Below, piece after piece: positions 7,313 to 17,462 of a stretch of 64,000 nucleotides of DNA; the first letter of the stretch is position 1; each line of letters starts with the position of its first letter. The translations under genes and the position numbers were made by a program. The stretch comes from an uncultured Holophagales bacterium. GTDB lineage: Bacteria; Acidobacteriota; Thermoanaerobaculia; Multivoradales; UBA5704. The stretch covers positions 1-64,000 of the forward strand of contig CAWJGT010000027.1 in NCBI GenBank assembly GCA_963842525.1, given 5' to 3'. The notes under the pieces are model-generated. The model was not told the origin of the DNA, made no database searches, and worked only from the letters and a program-made list of their open reading frames with translations.

Positions 7313-10300
7313 ATGCGCCTCGCCCCGCGACTCTTGTTCGTCCTGGCTGCGCTCAGTCTGGCCAGCTTCCTGTTCGCCTCGCCGGTCCAGGCTCAGTGCG
7401 TCTCCCTGACTACGTTGGGGTCGCCCTACACCCAGGACTTCGTCACCCTGGCGAGCGCGGGGACGTCGAGCACCGTGCCGCCGGGGTGGGCGTTCAGCGA
7501 GGCCCTGGCGAGCGCCAACGCCACCTACACCGCGGGCACGGGCTCGAGCGGCACCGGCGATACCTACAGCTTCGGCGCCGCTGCCAGCAGCGAGCGCGCC
7601 TTCGGGGGGCTGCAGAGCGCCAACCTCCTTCCGACGATCGGCGTCTGCTTCACCAACAACACCGGCGTGACGGTCAGCAACCTCTCCATCGCCTACACCG
7701 GCGAGGAGTGGCGTCTCGGCACCGCCGCGCGGACGGACCAGCTCGATTTCGAGTACAGCCTCAACGCCACGAGCCTGACGACCGGCACCTGGACCGCCGT
7801 CAACGCGCTCGACTTCATCACGCCCAACACCGTGGCGCCGGCCGGGGCGAAAGACGGCAACAACGCCAGCTTTCGCACCGCGATCAGCTCGTCGATCTCG
7901 CCGCTCAGCATCGCCAACGGCGCGACGGTCTGGATCCGCTGGCTCGACTTCAACGCCAGCGGCGCGGACGACGGCCTCTCCGTCGACGACTTCTCGTTGA
8001 CGCCCAGCGTCCTCGACACGCCGCCCTCGGTCCTGACCACGGCCCCCCCCAATGGCGCGACCGGCGTCGGGCTCGCCGCGAACATCGACGTCACCTTCAG
8101 CGAGCCGGTCAACGTCGCGCTGGGCTGGTTCACCATCAGTTGCACGGTCTCCGGCCTGCACGCCGCGACGGTGTCCGGCGGGCCGACGACCTTCACGCTC
8201 GACCCTAGCGCGGACTTCGTGGCCAACGAGGTCTGTACAGTGACGATCGACGACGCCTTCGTCAGCGACCAGGACTCCAACGACCCGCCGGACAACATGG
8301 CGGCGGACTTCGTCTGGAGCTTCGATACCAACCCGCCGCCGCTCCTGGTGGTCAACGAGGTCGACTACGACCAGGCAGGCACGGACGCGGCCGAGTTCCT
8401 GGAGATCCGCAACAACGGCGGCGCGCCGGTCAACCTCGATCCGGTCGTGGTCGAGCTGGTCAACGGCAGCGGAACGACGGTCTATCAGGCCATTGACCTG
8501 CCCAGCTTCAGTCTCGCACCCGGCGCCTACTTCGTCGTCTGCGCCGACAACACGACGACCCCCAACTGCAACCTCGACGTGGCGCCGAACTCCAACCTGA
8601 TCCAGAACGGCGCGCCAGACGCCGTGGCGCTGCGCTGGAACGGCGTCCTGGTCGATACCGTCTCCTACGAGGGCGACACCGGGGCGCCGTACACGGAAAC
8701 CTCGGGAAGCGGCCTCACGGACACCGACGATGACTTCGTCGGCATTTCGCGCTTCCCCGATGGTGTCGACACCGGCGTCAACAACGCCGACCTCTCGCTG
8801 CGCTGCATCACGCCCGGCGCCGCCAACGCCGCCGCGGCCACGTCCTGCCCGCCGCCCGCGATCCTCGGCCTGGCGATCGACGACGTGACGCTCGCCGAGG
8901 GTCAGGCGGGGACGCGCATCTTCTCGTTCACGGTGAGGCTCGACCAGCCGGCGCCCGGGCCGGGCGGCGTGACCTTCGACATCGCCACCGCCGACGGCAC
9001 GGCGCAGGACGACGACCCGGTGAGCGAGGACAACGACTATGTCCCGCAGACGCTGACCGGCCAGAACATCCCCGCCGGCAACGACGAGTACACCTTCGAC
9101 GTCACCGTCAACAGCGACATGACGCCCGAGCTCGACGAGACCTTCTTCGTCAACATCACGAATGTGGTCGGTGCGCCGGTCGGCGACCCGCAGGGCCTCG
9201 GCACCATCCAGAACGACGACTTCGCCTCCGTCACACCAATCCACGACATCCAGGGCCCCGGCGCGAGCTCGCCGGAAGACGGCAACGTCCATACCGTGCA
9301 CGCCATCGTCACCGCGGTGAAGTTCAACGGCTTCTTCGTGCAAGAGGAAGAGGCGCAATACGACGCCGATCCCGCGACCTCGGAGGGCATTTTCGTCTTC
9401 ACCTCCAGCGCCCCGCCGGCCGCGGCCCAGGTCGGCAACCTCGTCTACGTCACCGCCACGGTCTCGGAGTTCGTGCCGTCGGCCGATCCGCTGCAGCCGC
9501 CGCTGACCGAGCTCACGTTCGCCTCGACGGTGCTCGACGCGGCCGGCTTCCCGCTGCCGGCGGCGACCCCGCTGACGTCCACGTTCCCGGACCCGGCCGG
9601 GGCCTTCGACCAGCTCGAAAGGGTGGAGGGAATGAGGGTCGAGGTGGGCTCGCTGACCGTCTCCGGCCCGACCCTCGGCAGCACCGACGAGCCCAATGCC
9701 ACCTCGACCTCGACCGGGGTCTTCTTCGGCACGGTCACCGGCGTCCCCCGGCCGGCCCGCGAGCCGGGCATCCAGGCCCCCGACCCGGCGCCTTCGGGCA
9801 GCATTCCGCCGATCCCGCGCTTCGATTCCAACCCCGAGCTGCTGCGGGTGGACGGCGACGCCCTCACCGGCTCCACGGCCCTCGACGTCGGCAGCGGCGC
9901 CGTGTTGACCGGCCTCGTCGGGCCGCTCGACTATACGTTCCGCCGCTACACGATCCTGCCGGATCCGGCCTCTCCGCCTGCCGCAGTCGGCGGCCCGACG
10001 GCCACGGCGGGGTCGGTGCCCACTGCGAGTGAGCTCACCGTCGGCGCCTACAACCTGGAGCGCTTCTTCGACACCGTGAACGATCCGGGCATCGGCGAGC
10101 CGGTGCTCACCGCGACGGCGTTCGACAACCGGCTGAACAAGGCCTCGCTCGGCATCCGCAACCACCTGCGGACGCCGGACGTCCTGGGGGTCGTCGAGGT
10201 CGAGAACCTGAGCGCCCTCCAGGCGCTGGCGGACCGCATCAACGACGACGCGGTGGCCGCGGCGCAGCCTGACCCGGAGTACGTCGCCTATCTCGAGGAG

Positions 10301-11431
10301 GGCAACGACCCCGGCGGCATCGACGTCGGCTTCCTGGTGAAGACGGCCGTGGTGACCGGCGCGACGTCGCGGGTCACCGTCAACGAGGTGGTCCAGGAGA
10401 ACGCGGGAGAGCTGCTCGTCAACCCTGACACCTCGACCAGCCTGCTCAACGACCGGCCTTCCCTGCGCCTCGACGCGGTGGTCAACCATGCCAACGGCAC
10501 CAGCTTCCCGGTGACGGTGATCGTCAACCACCTGCGTTCGCTGAACGACGTCAACAGCACCGCACCCGGCTCGAACGGCTGGGCCACGGACGGTGACCGC
10601 GTCCGGGCCAAGCGCCAGAAGCAGGCCGAGTCCCTCGCCAACCTGGTGCAGGCGCGCCAGACCGCGGATCCCACGGAGCGGATCATCCTTGTGGGTGACT
10701 TCAACGCCTACGAGTTCAACGACGGCCTTGTCGATTCGATGAACGTCATTCAGGGAACCCCGCCGCCGGACAACGAGACGGCCGTGCCGGGCGACGGCGT
10801 CGACCTCGTCAACCCGGACCTCGACAACCTCTTCGACACGCCGCCGCCTCCGGAGCGGTACTCGTACATCTTCGACGGCCAGACCCAGAACATCGACCAC
10901 ATCCTGGTGAACGGAGCGCTCACCGCGGCGACGACCGCGCGGCGGGTCGAGCACCCGCGGATCAACGCCGACTTCCCGGCCGTGGACCGCAACGACCCGA
11001 ACACCCCCCGGCGCCTGTCCGACCACGACCCGATCGTGGGCTATTTCCGGGTGGCGGACTTTGGCACGGGCAACTACTTCACCGTCACGTCGTGCCGGGC
11101 CGTGGATACGCGTCCGAGCGCGCCGCTCCAGGACGGAGTGCCGCAGACGTTCGCTCTGCATGGCATGTGCGGCATTCCGGCGACCGCAACGACCGTCGTG
11201 CTCAATGTCACGGTGGTGGAGCCCACCGGTGACGGCGAGCTGACGATCTACCCCAGCGATACCCCGGCCCCCGCGTTCTCGACAATGCCGTTCCCGGCCG
11301 GCAGGACGCGGGCGCTGTTCGCAGTCGTCTCGCTGTCAAACAACGTGAATGGTGAAGTGACGGTACAGGTTTCGGTGCCCGGCGGCGGGTCGGCCCACGT
11401 CCTGCTCGACGTCATGGGCTACTTCGAATAA
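7313..11431 (+). CDS. Secreted multidomain ExeM/NucH-like nuclease (Ig-like, lamin-tail, Calx-beta, OB-fold, EEP)
   Basis: Signal peptide; VVNEVDYD (LTD); IHDIQG/GFFVQ (OB); YNLERFFD, VNHLRS, GDFNA, IDHIL, SDHDP (EEP). Confidence 0.9.
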   Translation: MRLAPRLLFVLAALSLASFLFASPVQAQCVSLTTLGSPYTQDFVTLASAGTSSTVPPGWAFSEALASANATYTAGTGSSGTGDTYSFGAAASSERAFGGLQSANLLPTIGVCFTNNTGVTVSNLSIAYTGEEWRLGTAARTDQLDFEYSLNATSLTTGTWTAVNALDFITPNTVAPAGAKDGNNASFRTAISSSISPLSIANGATVWIRWLDFNASGADDGLSVDDFSLTPSVLDTPPSVLTTAPPNGATGVGLAANIDVTFSEPVNVALGWFTISCTVSGLHAATVSGGPTTFTLDPSADFVANEVCTVTIDDAFVSDQDSNDPPDNMAADFVWSFDTNPPPLLVVNEVDYDQAGTDAAEFLEIRNNGGAPVNLDPVVVELVNGSGTTVYQAIDLPSFSLAPGAYFVVCADNTTTPNCNLDVAPNSNLIQNGAPDAVALRWNGVLVDTVSYEGDTGAPYTETSGSGLTDTDDDFVGISRFPDGVDTGVNNADLSLRCITPGAANAAAATSCPPPAILGLAIDDVTLAEGQAGTRIFSFTVRLDQPAPGPGGVTFDIATADGTAQDDDPVSEDNDYVPQTLTGQNIPAGNDEYTFDVTVNSDMTPELDETFFVNITNVVGAPVGDPQGLGTIQNDDFASVTPIHDIQGPGASSPEDGNVHTVHAIVTAVKFNGFFVQEEEAQYDADPATSEGIFVFTSSAPPAAAQVGNLVYVTATVSEFVPSADPLQPPLTELTFASTVLDAAGFPLPAATPLTSTFPDPAGAFDQLERVEGMRVEVGSLTVSGPTLGSTDEPNATSTSTGVFFGTVTGVPRPAREPGIQAPDPAPSGSIPPIPRFDSNPELLRVDGDALTGSTALDVGSGAVLTGLVGPLDYTFRRYTILPDPASPPAAVGGPTATAGSVPTASELTVGAYNLERFFDTVNDPGIGEPVLTATAFDNRLNKASLGIRNHLRTPDVLGVVEVENLSALQALADRINDDAVAAAQPDPEYVAYLEEGNDPGGIDVGFLVKTAVVTGATSRVTVNEVVQENAGELLVNPDTSTSLLNDRPSLRLDAVVNHANGTSFPVTVIVNHLRSLNDVNSTAPGSNGWATDGDRVRAKRQKQAESLANLVQARQTADPTERIILVGDFNAYEFNDGLVDSMNVIQGTPPPDNETAVPGDGVDLVNPDLDNLFDTPPPPERYSYIFDGQTQNIDHILVNGALTAATTARRVEHPRINADFPAVDRNDPNTPRRLSDHDPIVGYFRVADFGTGNYFTVTSCRAVDTRPSAPLQDGVPQTFALHGMCGIPATATTVVLNVTVVEPTGDGELTIYPSDTPAPAFSTMPFPAGRTRALFAVVSLSNNVNGEVTVQVSVPGGGSAHVLLDVMGYFE

Positions 11432-11462
11432 ACACGCTCACGGTAGGGGGCGTTGCGCAACG

Positions 11463-11494
11463 AAAGAGGAGGATCTCCAGATCCTCCTCTTTTT
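11463..11494 (+). terminator. Rho-independent terminator-like hairpin
   Basis: AAAGAGGAGGATCT-CC-AGATCCTCCTCTTTTT. Confidence 0.7.
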
Positions 11495-11514
11495 GTACTG
11501 GAGGGGCAAACTGT

Positions 11515-12912
11515 ATGCAGCTCGCTTCGCGGCTCTTGCTCGTTCTCATCGCCATCTCTGGGCTGTTCGTCGCTTCGCCTGTGCTGGCCGACGCCGATCT
11601 GCAGGTCTTCAAGGCCGACGCAGTCGATCCGACCGGGCCAGGCTCCACACAGACCTACACCATCACAGTGATCAACAACGGCCCGGACGATGCGGAATTC
11701 GCCACCTTGATCGACACCCTACCGGCGGGCACGACCTTCCTCTCGCTGACCCCGAGCGCCGGCTGGACGTGCACCACCCCCGCGGTGGGCAGCGGCGGAG
11801 ACGTCGATTGCTCGACCGATTCGATGGCCGCGTTCAGTGCTGCGACCTTCACCCTCCAGGTGGTCTTTGACGACAACCTGCAAGACGGCACCGTAGTGAC
11901 CAATGCGGCGACGGCCGGCTTCGGAAACCCCCGAGGCGAACCCGGGCGACGAGACCGGCATCCACCAGCACCACGATCGGCGAGCCTCACCGACGCCGAC
12001 CTCTCGGTCAGCAAGAGCGGCACACCCGAGCCCGTGCTGCCGGGCGACAATCTCACCTACACGATCACGGTCAACAATGCAGGGCCGGCCGATGCGGCGA
12101 CGATGACGCTCGACGATCCGCTGCCGGCCGGCACCACGTTCCAGTCGCTCGATGCGCCGGTCGACTGGATTTGCACGACGCCCGCCGTCGGCGACAATGG
12201 AACCGTGAGCTGCTCGATCCCCACCCTGGCTCCGGGGAGCGCCGTCTTCACCCTCGTCGTCCAGGTGGACGCTTCGCTGCCGCCGGGCACGGTGATCTCC
12301 AACGCCGCGACCGTTACGTCGCCGACCCAGGACCCCAACCCCGACAACCAGAACACCTCCACCCTCAACACGGTAGGGACCCCGCCGGCGGTGGCGATCA
12401 CCGCCACCAAGACGGCCTCCGGAGACTTCGGGCCGGGAGGCTCGGTGGTCTACACGATCGTCCTGACCAACTCCGGCGACGCCAATCAGGCGAACAACCC
12501 GGGCGACGAGCTCACCGATGTGCTGCCGGCGCAACTGATCCTCGTCGGAGCATCGGCCGCCTCGGGCACCACGACGGCCGTCGTGGCCACCAACACCGTC
12601 ACCTGGAACGGTGCCATCCCGGCCGGCGGCTCGGTGACGATCACCATCCAGGCGACGATCCGGCCTGACGTGGCGGACGGTACCGTCATCGCCAACCAGG
12701 CGTCCCTCGCCTTCGACGCCAACGTCGACGGCACGAACGAGTCGCAGGGCCTGAGCGACGACCCGGACGAGCCTGTCAGTGGCGATGCCACCACGTTCGT
12801 GGTTTCCGCCGGGAGCATCGAGGTCCCGACCCTCGACGTCCTGGGCCGCCTCCTGCTCATCGCCCTGCTGGCGTTGGGCGGCGCCGGCTTGCTGTGGTGG
12901 AGAAGGGCGTAA
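11515..12912 (+). CDS. DUF11-repeat surface protein with IPTL-CTERM-like sorting signal
   Basis: Signal peptide; ADLxVxK..TYTITVxNxGP repeats; C-terminal EVPTL + TM + WRR; compensating frameshifts near 11925-11980. Confidence 0.85.
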   Translation: MQLASRLLLVLIAISGLFVASPVLADADLQVFKADAVDPTGPGSTQTYTITVINNGPDDAEFATLIDTLPAGTTFLSLTPSAGWTCTTPAVGSGGDVDCSTDSMAAFSAATFTLQVVFDDNLQDGTVVTNAATAGFGNPRGEPGRRDRHPPAPRSASLTDADLSVSKSGTPEPVLPGDNLTYTITVNNAGPADAATMTLDDPLPAGTTFQSLDAPVDWICTTPAVGDNGTVSCSIPTLAPGSAVFTLVVQVDASLPPGTVISNAATVTSPTQDPNPDNQNTSTLNTVGTPPAVAITATKTASGDFGPGGSVVYTIVLTNSGDANQANNPGDELTDVLPAQLILVGASAASGTTTAVVATNTVTWNGAIPAGGSVTITIQATIRPDVADGTVIANQASLAFDANVDGTNESQGLSDDPDEPVSGDATTFVVSAGSIEVPTLDVLGRLLLIALLALGGAGLLWWRRA

Positions 12913-12952
12913 GGAGCACGATGAGCCTGGGGGACCTTGAGGTCCCCCTCGA

Positions 12953-14083
12953 TCAGCCGGCGCCTTCTGTGATCAGCCAATACCGGTTAGGAACCTGCCA
13001 AGCGTCCCAATTGTTGACAAATTGGCAGATTATTTCGGCAGCGGGTGACTGTCTGTCGTCTTGCGTCTCTTGGCCGTCGCCACCGTAGGACGTCAGCGCG
13101 AAGCCCTGGCTACATCCTTGGGTTTTGCCGGGAACGACCGGGCTGTAGAGCAAGGCTCTGCCCCATCCGTCGGTAGCGGATTGGACTCCTGGTGGAGCTG
13201 CGGAGGGGAAGCACCAGGTTTTGCCGGTGCGATACCGCGCATCGGCTTTGATGTCGTCGCAGAGCCGGCGGAGGGTCCCTACCGTCGTTGAGACCTTCTG
13301 GCGCTCGCCGTCCAACGTTGCCTTGACCGCCGCCGTTCCGTCGGGGACGACAGCAACGGCCTGCTGCGCCAACGCCTTCGCGTCCGCATACCTCGCCTGG
13401 GCCAAAGCCCGGCCGATTGCGGGGACATACCCCTTCTCGACCAATTTCATCGCTTGGTCTTTTTCGGCCAGCATGGCGGCAAGCTGCCAGGGCTCGTAAC
13501 TCTGGGCGGCATGACAGGCCTCGACCATTCCGTCGAGACCGTCGATCACGCTGGCGGCGAAGGAAGGATCCCCGAGCCCCTCCGCCCAGACGAGCTGCTG
13601 TTGGAAGGCGGAGGCGTTGCAGCCCATTGTTCGCGTCTGCGCGGTCAGCACCTGGCGATAGTCTGCTTCCAGCTCCTTCGCCAGCTCCGGGGACCGCTCC
13701 TTGACCCCGTCGAGGCATTGCTTCGCCTCGGTCCTCCGGTCGACGATCCGGACCGTCGCCTTGCCACATAGGAAGAGGGCCTGGCGGTGCTGCGGGTGCT
13801 CCGCGAGGAAGGGATCGAGCAGGGACCATGCGTCCTGGGCGCGGTCCTCCGCAAGCAACTTACGGGCGTCCCGGACAGCCTTGGCTTCTCGCAGGAAGGC
13901 AACGCCGGTCGTCACCACCAGCCACAGCGCGAGCAGACCCACCAGCGCCTGCCAAACCAATCTCTGCCAGGCAGGCTCCACAACTGGAGTGCGCAGGCTC
14001 TCCGCGATCTGCGGTCTGCCGCAAGCCCCGCAGTACGATGAGTCGGCGTCGGTGAAGGAAGAGCAACGTGGGCAGGTTGGCAT
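12953..14083 (-). CDS. Zinc-ribbon + TM + TPR-like protein with C-terminal GspG-like motif
   Basis: CPRC..CGACG; one TM; helical repeats; DGWGRALLY..FALTSYGGDG. Confidence 0.7.
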   Translation of the reverse strand: MPTCPRCSSFTDADSSYCGACGRPQIAESLRTPVVEPAWQRLVWQALVGLLALWLVVTTGVAFLREAKAVRDARKLLAEDRAQDAWSLLDPFLAEHPQHRQALFLCGKATVRIVDRRTEAKQCLDGVKERSPELAKELEADYRQVLTAQTRTMGCNASAFQQQLVWAEGLGDPSFAASVIDGLDGMVEACHAAQSYEPWQLAAMLAEKDQAMKLVEKGYVPAIGRALAQARYADAKALAQQAVAVVPDGTAAVKATLDGERQKVSTTVGTLRRLCDDIKADARYRTGKTWCFPSAAPPGVQSATDGWGRALLYSPVVPGKTQGCSQGFALTSYGGDGQETQDDRQSPAAEIICQFVNNWDAWQVPNRYWLITEGAG

Positions 14084-14084
14084 G

Positions 14085-14747
14085 TCATCGTCCTCCGAAC
14101 GAGACTCCCTTGCCTACCCTTTCGGCACGGGTGTTGAACTCGATCGCCAGAAACACGTCGATGGCTGTGGCCACGGAGTACAGCGAGATGAAGAGACCCG
14201 CGGCGACGGAGACGAAGAAAACGGACAGCGGAGCGGAGACCAGCAGCAGCTTGGGGGTTCCGGAGCTGATCCCGGACGCCATGCTCGGCGAGATGTCGCT
14301 CAGCATCGAGCCCATGAGAGCGCTGACCGGCTGAAGAAGAGAGCCCAGCCCTGTGCCGACGACATAGACCAGCGCGATCTCACCGAACCAGCGGAAGAGC
14401 ACCGACAGAGCACGGAGGCTTACGAAATCGTCGGCCGGAAGCGCTTGCAAGTGCCTCGCTCGGAGCATCGTGATCCTGAAGACCAGGGCGGCCGTGGCGA
14501 TCGAGATCATCTGGGCGAAGAACGCCTTCACCAGACCCCAGCGCTCGAACTGCTCGTAGATCCCGGGCCAGACGCCGATCCAGAGCAGCACGACGAAGAG
14601 CAGCCAGATGACCGCGCCGACCCGCAACACCCAGGGCAGCGACTGGCGCAACACGTCGCCGCTGTGGAGGTAGGCGAGCAGACCTCGGGCACGAGGCATG
14701 GGCAGCTTCGATCTTGCAACGGTCAAGCGTTCGAGAAGTATTGCCAC
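14085..14747 (-). CDS. Integral membrane protein (about 4 TM)
   Basis: Four hydrophobic segments; GGAGG RBS. Confidence 0.75.
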   Translation of the reverse strand: MAILLERLTVARSKLPMPRARGLLAYLHSGDVLRQSLPWVLRVGAVIWLLFVVLLWIGVWPGIYEQFERWGLVKAFFAQMISIATAALVFRITMLRARHLQALPADDFVSLRALSVLFRWFGEIALVYVVGTGLGSLLQPVSALMGSMLSDISPSMASGISSGTPKLLLVSAPLSVFFVSVAAGLFISLYSVATAIDVFLAIEFNTRAERVGKGVSFGGR

Positions 14748-14843
14748 ATTCGTCCTCCAGGAGACGGCGTTGCGCTCCAGAGCATCCGTTCGCTTCGTGG
14801 AGACACGGCGCCGGCCGAAAAGGTTTACCCGGCCCCGTCCAGG

Positions 14844-15590
14844 CTATCGCTTGTCGCGCATGAGAGTCCGGATGGCCTGCGCGGTTTTCTCGAGGGCGGT
14901 CGCCTGCGGGCCGCCTCCACTCGCTTGCTCCCCTTGCCACGCGGCCGACACCGGAACGGACAGACGCCGCCCGTTCGTGAGCTCGAGCGAGAACACCTGG
15001 GTCGGACGGAGCGGTCCGGTGCTGGGGCGGCGCCCTTTGTTGGCCGAGACGGCGACGTCCTCCTCCAACCTCACCGTGACCACGTCCCGGTAGTGATGCT
15101 CCTCGACGGAGACCTGCGAAGTGAGGCCCTCGAGGCAGTCGTGCTGGCAGGAATAGAGCCCGAGCTGGTCGTCCATCGGGACCAGGATCACAGCGCAGAT
15201 GACAGGGGAGCGGAGGCGGCTATCTTTTCCGGCCCGCGGCCGGACAAGAAACCGGCTTTGGGGCGCTGCGCCCCGCTCAACCGGCCCGTAGAGCGCGAGC
15301 GGCGGTTGCGCGTCAGGAGGAGGGTCGAGGCTGCGTAGCGCGTTCTGCACCAGGGACTGCAGGTCGCGGTCGAAGAGCTCATCAACTTCCCGATCCGAAG
15401 GCCGTCTCGTCTCCAGGATCAGCGCTACGCCGAGCCAGGCAAGACCGAACAGCAGCAGCACCTTCCCCGGCGAAAGCCCCACGAAGACCAGTCCGAGGAA
15501 AAGAGCGACGAAGGCATACCGGAGCCGCGTATCCAGGAAGTACAACCAGATCCGCTGCCTCTCGCCGGAGGTAAGAGTCGCGTCGGTCAT
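14844..15590 (-). CDS. Membrane-anchored hypothetical protein
   Basis: Two N-terminal TMs then soluble beta-rich domain; ATGA overlap with CHAT gene. Confidence 0.75.
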   Translation of the reverse strand: MTDATLTSGERQRIWLYFLDTRLRYAFVALFLGLVFVGLSPGKVLLLFGLAWLGVALILETRRPSDREVDELFDRDLQSLVQNALRSLDPPPDAQPPLALYGPVERGAAPQSRFLVRPRAGKDSRLRSPVICAVILVPMDDQLGLYSCQHDCLEGLTSQVSVEEHHYRDVVTVRLEEDVAVSANKGRRPSTGPLRPTQVFSLELTNGRRLSVPVSAAWQGEQASGGGPQATALEKTAQAIRTLMRDKR

Positions 15591-17227
15591 TCCCGTATTC
15601 CCTCCTTTTCACCCATTCGGTCCACCTCGGCGGCTGACGCGGGGACAAGCTGGAGAAGATGCTTCAACCCTTCGGGTTCCCTCCGAGCTGCGGCCGCACG
15701 CTTCAGCAGCTCATCGTAGCTCGGCTCCGCAGGGAGCAGATAGTTCTCGAGATAGAAGTCCCGCAGCAGGAATGCCAGAAAGCAGAAATGGTGTGCCGCG
15801 CAACCGTCGCTTTCAAGCGCGCGGCGGGCGCTCGCTTCGATCTGCCGGATCTCATTGATCTTGAGGTAGCGGGGGCGGCGGCCTTCCAGCAGGGCCAGCG
15901 CCAGGTAGTAGTGGAGATCGGAAAGATCCACCCCTTGCTCAAGGCATGCCTCGACCACCTGCCTTGCCCTGCTATAGGACCGGGTTTTCAGCAAGCTGGC
16001 GGCGCGGGTGACCGCTTCTTCCTCTCGGGTTGTGCGGTTGTCCGCCGCCGCGCATAAGGGCCGGAACACGCCAGACTCGGAAAGTGCCGTGAACAAAGCC
16101 GGCGTGATCCACTCCCAGGACTCGGGCTCCTCCTGATAGAGAGCGAGCCGGCCGTCGGCGACGGCTGCCTCCAGCGAGCTGCCGCGGACCAACGAACGGT
16201 ATACCGCCTCGCTGAAGATCCTTGCGGCTATGTCCGAGATCGGAAACTGCATCGCGACAACGGCAGGCACGCCGCCGCGGACGAGCGCGGCGGCCGTCCC
16301 CAGGAGGGGGTTCTGACCGGGGCGGTGCCCGACCTGCGCTGTCTCGCAGGAGTTGAGGAACACCAGACGCAGCTCGCGGCTGGCACGAAGGGTGGCGGCG
16401 AGCACGCTGCTGGAGACCGAGTCAGGCTCGCCCTCCGGGGTCGCGAGGAACAGCGAGCCCACGCCGGTCTCGGCGTCACAGCAGCCGTGGGCAATGAAGT
16501 GGACCACCTGATAGTGATCAGACCTGAGCGCCTCGGAGAGGTTGCGCAGGGTCGCCGACAGTAGCAGCTTGACCTCGGCGTTCTGCTGCTCGTACCAGGC
16601 TTTGAGGATGCGAGCTCGTTCGTCGGCATCGTCGAGAGGCGCGAGGCCCCGGGGGGTGGCGACCGCAATGAGAATGCGGATCCGGGCCGCGCCGGTCTCC
16701 GGGAAGGGCGCGGAAACCCCGGAGAGCGCAATCTGCCGCACAACCGGTGTCAGGACGTCTCTGGCGAGAAAGCCGCTCTGCTCAGAGTAAAGCAGCTCCC
16801 AGGGGATCGCTTGGAGAAGCCCCGAGTCCGCAGTATCTGCCGGCAAGACGATGCGGATCCGCAGACCACGGTCGGGGAGCGACTGAAACCGCCCGCGACA
16901 CTCCAGGTAGGTGTCCCGGATGGCCCCATGGAATAGAGCCTGGAAGAGCCGAGCACCAGTCTCCTGGAACGTCGCTCGAGGCTCGCGCCCCGGCTCCACA
17001 CAGACAAGATGTCTGGCCGGCTGGAGACCTCCTGCGCGGGGGCAGCGGAAGAGGCCCGTTCCGACCGCGCGGATCATCTCTTCCACCTCACAGCGGTGGA
17101 CAGGAAGAGTGAAGGGCGCTGTTGCGTGCCCGCACGGCGAGCTCAGGGTGCGTACCTGATGGCGGCCGTCACGATCCGGCTCGATGGCGAGCGCCAGGTC
17201 TTCGTATTGGATAAGCCGGGACATCAT
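15587..17227 (-). CDS. CHAT (caspase-like) domain protein
   Basis: IPWELL, VHFIAHG (His), VFLNSCET (Cys), GVPAVVAMQFPISD; helical C-terminus. Confidence 0.9.
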   Translation of the reverse strand: MMSRLIQYEDLALAIEPDRDGRHQVRTLSSPCGHATAPFTLPVHRCEVEEMIRAVGTGLFRCPRAGGLQPARHLVCVEPGREPRATFQETGARLFQALFHGAIRDTYLECRGRFQSLPDRGLRIRIVLPADTADSGLLQAIPWELLYSEQSGFLARDVLTPVVRQIALSGVSAPFPETGAARIRILIAVATPRGLAPLDDADERARILKAWYEQQNAEVKLLLSATLRNLSEALRSDHYQVVHFIAHGCCDAETGVGSLFLATPEGEPDSVSSSVLAATLRASRELRLVFLNSCETAQVGHRPGQNPLLGTAAALVRGGVPAVVAMQFPISDIAARIFSEAVYRSLVRGSSLEAAVADGRLALYQEEPESWEWITPALFTALSESGVFRPLCAAADNRTTREEEAVTRAASLLKTRSYSRARQVVEACLEQGVDLSDLHYYLALALLEGRRPRYLKINEIRQIEASARRALESDGCAAHHFCFLAFLLRDFYLENYLLPAEPSYDELLKRAAAARREPEGLKHLLQLVPASAAEVDRMGEKEGIRE

Positions 17228-17462
17228 CCTCCTCCCTCAGGTTACCTCAGGCTACGCGCTTCCGCCCCTTCGGGCTGGCGGTGTGTCGCCGTGTGACAAA
17301 AAGGCGCTGGCGCGAGTCTAACTCTTTAATCGTGCCCGGCCGGGCGAATCGTGGCGCTCGGTGAGGAAGAGCAGTCCCACTTCCGCCGCTCGGCGCACCT
17401 CTATTTTTAGGAGCATTCCGGGGAACGCCCTCCCTCCCCACCCCTTGAACAGGAGGAAAACG

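Noticed and set aside
7235-11161. 1308-aa antisense ORF and similar long shadow ORFs (17247..19673, 26479..29022, 28775..30877)
   Set aside because: Antisense to well-supported genes; expected from high-GC codon bias; no motifs
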